NCBI GenBank assembly: GCA_035946335.1
Contig: DASYZL010000006.1
Coordinates: 106,594 to 170,593 of the forward strand
Source of the DNA: Patescibacteria group bacterium
GTDB taxonomy: Bacteria; Patescibacteriota; Microgenomatia; Levybacterales; UBA12049
Direction of reading: 5' to 3'
Length of the DNA stretch: 64,000 nt
Shown here: one piece after another, positions 58,783 through 64,000 of the stretch
How the letters are laid out: each line of letters starts with the position of its first letter
Position numbering within the stretch: position 1 is the stretch's first letter
Position numbers and translations under genes: made by a program
The notes under the pieces: model-generated
Told to the model about the DNA's origin: nothing
The model's input: only the letters and a program-made list of their open reading frames with translations
Databases searched by the model: none

Positions 58783-61700
58783 GCTTTTTCCCCTTCTGCG
58801 TTTTGCGGACTTTCATTTTCTCCTATTTCTGCTTTTTCCGCAAGACCTGATGCGATATCCTGTTCTGCAACATTATCTACCCCTAATACCTGCTCCATTT
58901 CTTTTGCGCTTGTTTCTGTTTTTTCTTCTTCACGAAGCTCTTGTGATGTCTCTTTTTTATCTTCTTCAGGAGCAACCTTCGCACCTTGCGGCACAACAGC
59001 AAGCCCAAGTGATTGCAGTTCTTTGACCAGTACCTTAAATGACTCAGGCACTTTTGCTTGCGGGATTTGCGTCCCCTTTACAATGGCTTCAAATGTTTTT
59101 GTTCGTCCAGTGACATCATCAGATTTGTATGTTAACATTTCCTGTAAAATATGCTGTGCACGGTGCGCTTCCAGTGCCCAAACCTCCATCTCTCCAAGAC
59201 GCTGTCCACCCATTTGCGCTTTTCCGCCCAACGGCTGCTGCGTGACCAAAGAGTACGGTCCGGTTGAACGGGCATGCGCTTTGTCTTCAACCATGTGAAT
59301 AAGCTTCATAATGTATTCAATGCCCACAACTACATCATTTTCAAATGGCTCACCTGTTCTCCCGTCGTAGAGCGTTTGTTTTCCTGTGACTGGCAATCCT
59401 GCTTTTTTCAAAAGCTCTATAATCTTTTCTTCCGAAATAGATTCAAAAACCGGTACGGCAATTTTCATGCCCAATTTTCGTGCAGCCCATCCCAAATGTG
59501 CTTCCAGTATCTGTCCTAGGTTCATACGGGCTAATACGGAAATCGGCTGGATAATAATATCAACTGGTGTCCCATCTGCAAGATAGGGCATATCTGCCTC
59601 CGGTAAGATTTTTGAGATAACACCTTTATTTCCGTGTCGTCCTGCCAGCTTGTCACCGACAACAACATGACGAAACTGTGCAACTTCAACAATAATCTTC
59701 CTAATTGTTCCTGCCTCTAATTCGTCACCCTTTTTTCTGTCCAGAGTTTGCACGTTCACAACTGTTCCCCGCTCACCATGTGGCATTCGCAACGATGTAT
59801 CACGTACTTCCCGTGCCTGCTCACCAAAAATTGCCCGTAATAACCGTTCTTCTGCTGTTAATTCTGTCTCGCCTTTTGGAGCGATTTTACCAACGAGAAT
59901 GTCTCCTGGTACAACATTGCTTCCGACAACAACAATGCCATCTTCATCAAGATTTGCTAAGTCTTCTTCGCTTACATTAGGGATGTCCCGCGTTGTTTCT
60001 TCTGGACCTAACTTTGTCTCAACAACTGCTGCTTCGTATTTTTCAATGTGAATACTTGAAAGCAGATCTTCCTTGACAAGTCGCTCTGAAATAACGATAG
60101 CATCTTCGTAACCAAGTCCTTCAAATGAGGTATAGGCAATGACTAAATTTTGCCCAAGGGCAAGCTCACCATTTTCAGAAGCAGGTCCATCAATGAGAAT
60201 ATCTCCTTTTTTCACTTTTTGTCCTGCAACAACTTTTACTCGCTGGGAGTATGCGGTTGAGTTTGACGTTCGCATGAACGATGTTAATTGATAGGATTTT
60301 GTCTCATTTTTCCCTTTAATAACAACTGCTTTTGCATCTGAGTGCGTAATTTCTCCATCAAACGGCGCCTTCACTACGCGTCCCATGACTTGCGCAACAA
60401 CATCCTCCATTCCTGTACCGACAATCGGTGACTCAGGCCGGATGAGAGGTACTGCCTGACACTGCATGTGTGTCCCCATCAACGCCCGGTTTGCTTCATC
60501 ATGAGCAACAAAAGGAATAAGTGAAGCTGCAGTACCAACAACTTGACGGGGACAAATATCAACATAGGAAATTTGTTCTTTGTCTACTTCAAGAAATTCC
60601 CCTTTAAATCGAGCTGGCACACGGGCTGCTGCAATCTCATCTTTCTCATTCAAAACACCCGAGTGAGAGATGTATTCTTTAAATTCGTCTTCTGCGTCCA
60701 GATATACTATTTCGTCAGTCGCAATCATTTTCCTGCCCTGCTTGCTGACTGTACGGTACGGCGATTCCAAAAACCCGTATTCGTTCACCCGTGCGTAAAG
60801 TGCAAGGTAGGTAACAAGACCGATATTCGGACCTTCAGGACTTCTGATTGGATCAATTCTTCCATACTGGGAACTATTAATATCGCGGATGGAAAATGCT
60901 GCACGTTCCCGGCTGATACCACCTGTCCCCATGACAGTAAGACGATTAAGATTGTCTATCTCAGCAAGAGGATTTGTCTGATCAAGAATTGTTGAAAGCT
61001 GTGAAGTCCGGTAAAATTCATTTAATGACGCCATTATAGGACGGGCGTTGATAAGATTACCAAGAGTCACCGGTTGATCAGTCTGCAAAAGCGACATACG
61101 TTCTTTCACACTACGCTCAAGACGAAGAACACCAACACGGAATGCTGTTGATGCAACTAGCTCTCCTACGCTTCGCACCCGGCGATTCGCTAGGCTGTCA
61201 ATATCATCAACATGACCGACACCCTTTGTGAGTCCCATAAGGTAGGAAATTGTTCCGATAACATCTTCCAGAGTTAGGACATGTACATCGGATGGAATAA
61301 ATCCGTCTGAATTTTGGAGTTTTTTATTGATTTTATATCGTCCCACAGCTCCAAGATCATACCTTCTGTTATTAAAGAAAAGTCCGTGAAGTGATTCGCG
61401 AACTTTATCAAGAACAATTGGTTCTCCAGGGTGCATTTTCTTAAAGATTTCAATAAGCGCTTCTATTTCTGTTGTTGTTTCATCCTTTTTAAGCGTATTT
61501 TCAATAAATGATTCGTTACCCGTATCAACTTGGGTAAATTTTTCTTTGATAAGATTGGTGTCTGCAAGACCGATTGCGCGAAGAAATGTGGTAACAGGAA
61601 ATTTCCTCCGCCGGTCAATTTTGACAGTAATGGTCCCATGTCGCGTAGTTGAAAATTCCAGCCAGCTACCATGAACCGGTCGAATTTCTGCATTATACAA

Positions 61701-62165
61701 ATGTCTTCCGGTTACTGGATCAACTGTTGCGGTAAAAAATACGCCTGGCGAACGGACGAGCTGATTGACAACTGCTCTTTCGATACCATTAATGACAAAA
61801 GTCCCATGCTCTGTCATTTGGGGGATGTCACCAAGGAAAATTTCCTGTGTGACGACTTTACCGGTTTTTTTATTAAGAAGGGCAGCTTCTACGTAGAGCG
61901 GTGCATCAAAGGTAACACCTTTTTTCATTGCTTCTTGCGGTGTGGTTGCGGATTTTCCCAAACGGTACTCTTTCAGTGTTAATGTCCAATTTTTCTCAGT
62001 AAAATCATCAATTGGAGAAATCTCTTCCAACATCCGCCCGATGCGTTTTTCTAAAAATTCTTGGTAGGATTTTTTTTGTATGGCAAGAAGATCTAATTTT
62101 GGAAGTGTTGAGTATGTTTTACCCCAGTTATGTCGAATGATAGGTTCTGTCACTTGTTTTGGCAT
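58779..62165 (-). CDS. rpoB: RNA polymerase beta subunit
   Basis: QLVRSPG, PEGPNIGL, GDKLAGRHGNKG, HARSTGPYSLVTQQPLGG and GEMEVWALEA motifs. Confidence 0.99.
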   Translation of the reverse strand: MPKQVTEPIIRHNWGKTYSTLPKLDLLAIQKKSYQEFLEKRIGRMLEEISPIDDFTEKNWTLTLKEYRLGKSATTPQEAMKKGVTFDAPLYVEAALLNKKTGKVVTQEIFLGDIPQMTEHGTFVINGIERAVVNQLVRSPGVFFTATVDPVTGRHLYNAEIRPVHGSWLEFSTTRHGTITVKIDRRRKFPVTTFLRAIGLADTNLIKEKFTQVDTGNESFIENTLKKDETTTEIEALIEIFKKMHPGEPIVLDKVRESLHGLFFNNRRYDLGAVGRYKINKKLQNSDGFIPSDVHVLTLEDVIGTISYLMGLTKGVGHVDDIDSLANRRVRSVGELVASTAFRVGVLRLERSVKERMSLLQTDQPVTLGNLINARPIMASLNEFYRTSQLSTILDQTNPLAEIDNLNRLTVMGTGGISRERAAFSIRDINSSQYGRIDPIRSPEGPNIGLVTYLALYARVNEYGFLESPYRTVSKQGRKMIATDEIVYLDAEDEFKEYISHSGVLNEKDEIAAARVPARFKGEFLEVDKEQISYVDICPRQVVGTAASLIPFVAHDEANRALMGTHMQCQAVPLIRPESPIVGTGMEDVVAQVMGRVVKAPFDGEITHSDAKAVVIKGKNETKSYQLTSFMRTSNSTAYSQRVKVVAGQKVKKGDILIDGPASENGELALGQNLVIAYTSFEGLGYEDAIVISERLVKEDLLSSIHIEKYEAAVVETKLGPEETTRDIPNVSEEDLANLDEDGIVVVGSNVVPGDILVGKIAPKGETELTAEERLLRAIFGEQAREVRDTSLRMPHGERGTVVNVQTLDRKKGDELEAGTIRKIIVEVAQFRHVVVGDKLAGRHGNKGVISKILPEADMPYLADGTPVDIIIQPISVLARMNLGQILEAHLGWAARKLGMKIAVPVFESISEEKIIELLKKAGLPVTGKQTLYDGRTGEPFENDVVVGIEYIMKLIHMVEDKAHARSTGPYSLVTQQPLGGKAQMGGQRLGEMEVWALEAHRAQHILQEMLTYKSDDVTGRTKTFEAIVKGTQIPQAKVPESFKVLVKELQSLGLAVVPQGAKVAPEEDKKETSQELREEEKTETSAKEMEQVLGVDNVAEQDIASGLAEKAEIGENESPQNAEGEKA

Positions 62166-62256
62166 TGGTAATAATTTTGGAATTAAGCAGTATCTCCTCA
62201 AAAAAAAGAAACCGGGTACACTAACCCTTTTTCTTTCTGGTGCTGAGACTTACTCA

Positions 62257-62296
62257 TTTATATCACAGGTATACAGACCTGTCAAGGCCTGTATAC
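62257..62296 (-). promoter_or_regulatory. rpoB promoter overlapped by a 28-bp palindrome
   Basis: TTGACA(62285-62280)-17 nt-TATAAA(62262-62257) with an extended TG. Inverted repeat GTATACAGACCT-GTCA-AGGCCTGTATAC at 62269-62296. Confidence 0.75.
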
Positions 62297-62379
62297 GATC
62301 GAGAAGCAATATGCATATACATAATACTCATAAAGTTCGTTAATCAACATTATTTTTTCACGCATGGTATAATCATTTC

Positions 62380-64000
62380 ATGAAAGCAAGGCAAATTATT
62401 GATACCTATGTCCAATTTTTTGAGCATAGGGATCATAAACGTATTCCCATGAGTCCATTAGTGCCGGACAATGACCCTACAACACTCTTTACTTCATCTG
62501 GCATGCAACCGCTTATTCCGTACTTATTAGGCGAAGAGCATTCCTCAGGTAAACGGCTTGTTAACGTACAGAACGCATTCCGCGCAGTTGATATTGATGA
62601 AGTTGGCAATAATCGTCATACAACGTTTTTCAGGATGCTTGGGAACTGGAGTCTTGGCGATTATTTTAAAAAAGAACAATTGCCATGGGTTTTCGCATTC
62701 CTCACAAAAGATCTGGGGTTAGACCCGAAAAAACTTTTTGTTAGTGTTTTTAATGGCTATCAGCAAATACCCAAAGATGAAGAATCAATTCTCTTATGGA
62801 AAGAGCTCTTTCGAGCAGCGAACATTGAAGCAAAAGAAGGAGAACGGATTTTTCCGTATGGTGTTGAAAAAAACTGGTGGAGCCGTTCAGGAACACCGGA
62901 CAAAATGCCAACAGGAGAACCGGGTGGACCGGATAGTGAAGTATTTTACGATTTTGGCGAAGCGTTAGGACTTCATGAGAAAAGTTCGTGGCGAAACGAG
63001 AAATGTCATATTAATTGCGACTGTGGACGCTTTTGGGAAATTGGCAATAGTGTTTTCATGCAATATCAAAAACAGGAAAATGGAACATTCAAACAGCTCC
63101 CCAAACAAAACGTTGATTTTGGCGGTGGCCTGGAACGGTTCATCGGCGTAACAGAAAATCAACCTGATATGTTTCAAACATCGCTCTTTTCCCCAACTAT
63201 TGCAGTTATTGCAGAGCTTACAGAAAAGCGCTATGAAAATGCAGAACATAGAAAGGCTATGCAAATAGTTGCAGATCATTTTGGGGGAAGTATGTTTATG
63301 ATCGCTGCTGGCGTTACTCCTTCAAATAAAGAGCAGGGATATATTTTGAGGCGGCTTATCAGACGAAGTCTTGATCATTTATGGACTCTGAAAAATGCAG
63401 TCACTGTTACTCCAATTCTTGAAACCATTACTCAACAGTATAAAGAAACAGATCCTGATCTTGTAGAAAAATTTGAGTCAATCAGCCTTACCATCCTGGA
63501 AGAAGAGCAAATATATAAAAGAACGCTTAGTCATGCGAAGAAGTTAATAGAAAAAGATATAAGCAATCCGGACAGGCAAATCGACAAAGTTAAAAAAGAA
63601 AAAGATTCTCAGCAGGAAGGAACGGCACATAATGATCTTCCCGGCATAAAACTGGGAGATGAACTTATGGGCACAGTGGAAATTTCTGCTGATACTGCTT
63701 TTAAGGCAATCTCTTCTTACGGTCTTTCACCAACACAGCTCAAAAGTCTTGGATATACTTTTAATAACCAGGAACTTGCTGAGAAAATAAAAGAGCATCA
63801 ATATCTTTCCCGTCAGGGGGCACAGCAAAAATTCAGCGGTGGACTTGCTGACCATAAAGAACGAACTATTATGGGTCATACTGCGACACATTTACTACAG
63901 CAGGCGCTTCGAGAGGTACTGGGAAATATCGTGCACCAGACAGGGTCAAACATCACGACGGAACGGTTACGGTTTGATTTTAACTTTGAGCGCAAGCTTA
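62380..64000 (+). CDS. alaS: Alanine--tRNA ligase, 5' part (runs off the window)
   Basis: DPTTLFT.SGMQP, RHTTFF.MLGNWS.GDYFK, GPDSEVF, EIGNSVF, VDFGGGLER, GYILRRLIRR and editing-domain HTATHLL. Confidence 0.96.
   Translation, partial: MKARQIIDTYVQFFEHRDHKRIPMSPLVPDNDPTTLFTSSGMQPLIPYLLGEEHSSGKRLVNVQNAFRAVDIDEVGNNRHTTFFRMLGNWSLGDYFKKEQLPWVFAFLTKDLGLDPKKLFVSVFNGYQQIPKDEESILLWKELFRAANIEAKEGERIFPYGVEKNWWSRSGTPDKMPTGEPGGPDSEVFYDFGEALGLHEKSSWRNEKCHINCDCGRFWEIGNSVFMQYQKQENGTFKQLPKQNVDFGGGLERFIGVTENQPDMFQTSLFSPTIAVIAELTEKRYENAEHRKAMQIVADHFGGSMFMIAAGVTPSNKEQGYILRRLIRRSLDHLWTLKNAVTVTPILETITQQYKETDPDLVEKFESISLTILEEEQIYKRTLSHAKKLIEKDISNPDRQIDKVKKEKDSQQEGTAHNDLPGIKLGDELMGTVEISADTAFKAISSYGLSPTQLKSLGYTFNNQELAEKIKEHQYLSRQGAQQKFSGGLADHKERTIMGHTATHLLQQALREVLGNIVHQTGSNITTERLRFDFNFERKL

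Noticed and set aside
1-64000. TGA recoding (code 25) as in Gracilibacteria/Absconditabacteria
   Set aside because: TGA ends rpsJ, rplQ and rpoB normally and long genes have no internal TGA. Read-through would not repair the SemiSWEET.
1-64000. CRISPR array, transposase, integrase, rRNA, or introns/inteins in recA, rpoB or rpoC
   Set aside because: I saw no spaced direct repeats or such motifs, and the protein lengths leave no room for inteins.

Overview
64 kb of a bacterial chromosome read with genetic code 11. It most likely comes from a Patescibacteria/CPR organism of the Microgenomates type (inference from the missing rpmD/L30, N-truncated L2, very divergent RpoB/RpoC and the scarcity of Shine-Dalgarno sites). 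Positions ~19.7-62.2 kb hold the rpoBC-str-S10-spc-alpha-L13/S9 cluster on the minus strand. Several accessory blocks interrupt it: an inverted fusA block, a MurF/hydrolase/DegT/FemX cassette between rpsJ and rplC, a Met-rich protein plus msrA, and a phosphoesterase/acyltransferase/SemiSWEET island. The left part has tsaD, a frameshifted aldehyde dehydrogenase, glnA, rmuC, a GT-C glycosyltransferase, a UvrD-nuclease fusion, RNase P RNA, an ABC-2 exporter, hup, rny, recX, recA and tRNA-Pro(GGG). alaS runs off the right end. The strongest signals are: (1) the near-invariant RNA polymerase trigger-loop His is Tyr; (2) RpoB, S12 and EF-G carry substitutions at known rifampicin, streptomycin and fusidic-acid resistance positions; (3) many genes look leaderless and operon genes share an exact TAATATG junction; (4) the RNase P RNA architecture is atypical; (5) a palindrome covers the rpoB -35 box; (6) there is a candidate cell-wall-modification cassette. 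I saw no CRISPR array, rRNA, intein or transposase. All homology calls come from motif recognition by eye; no database search was run.
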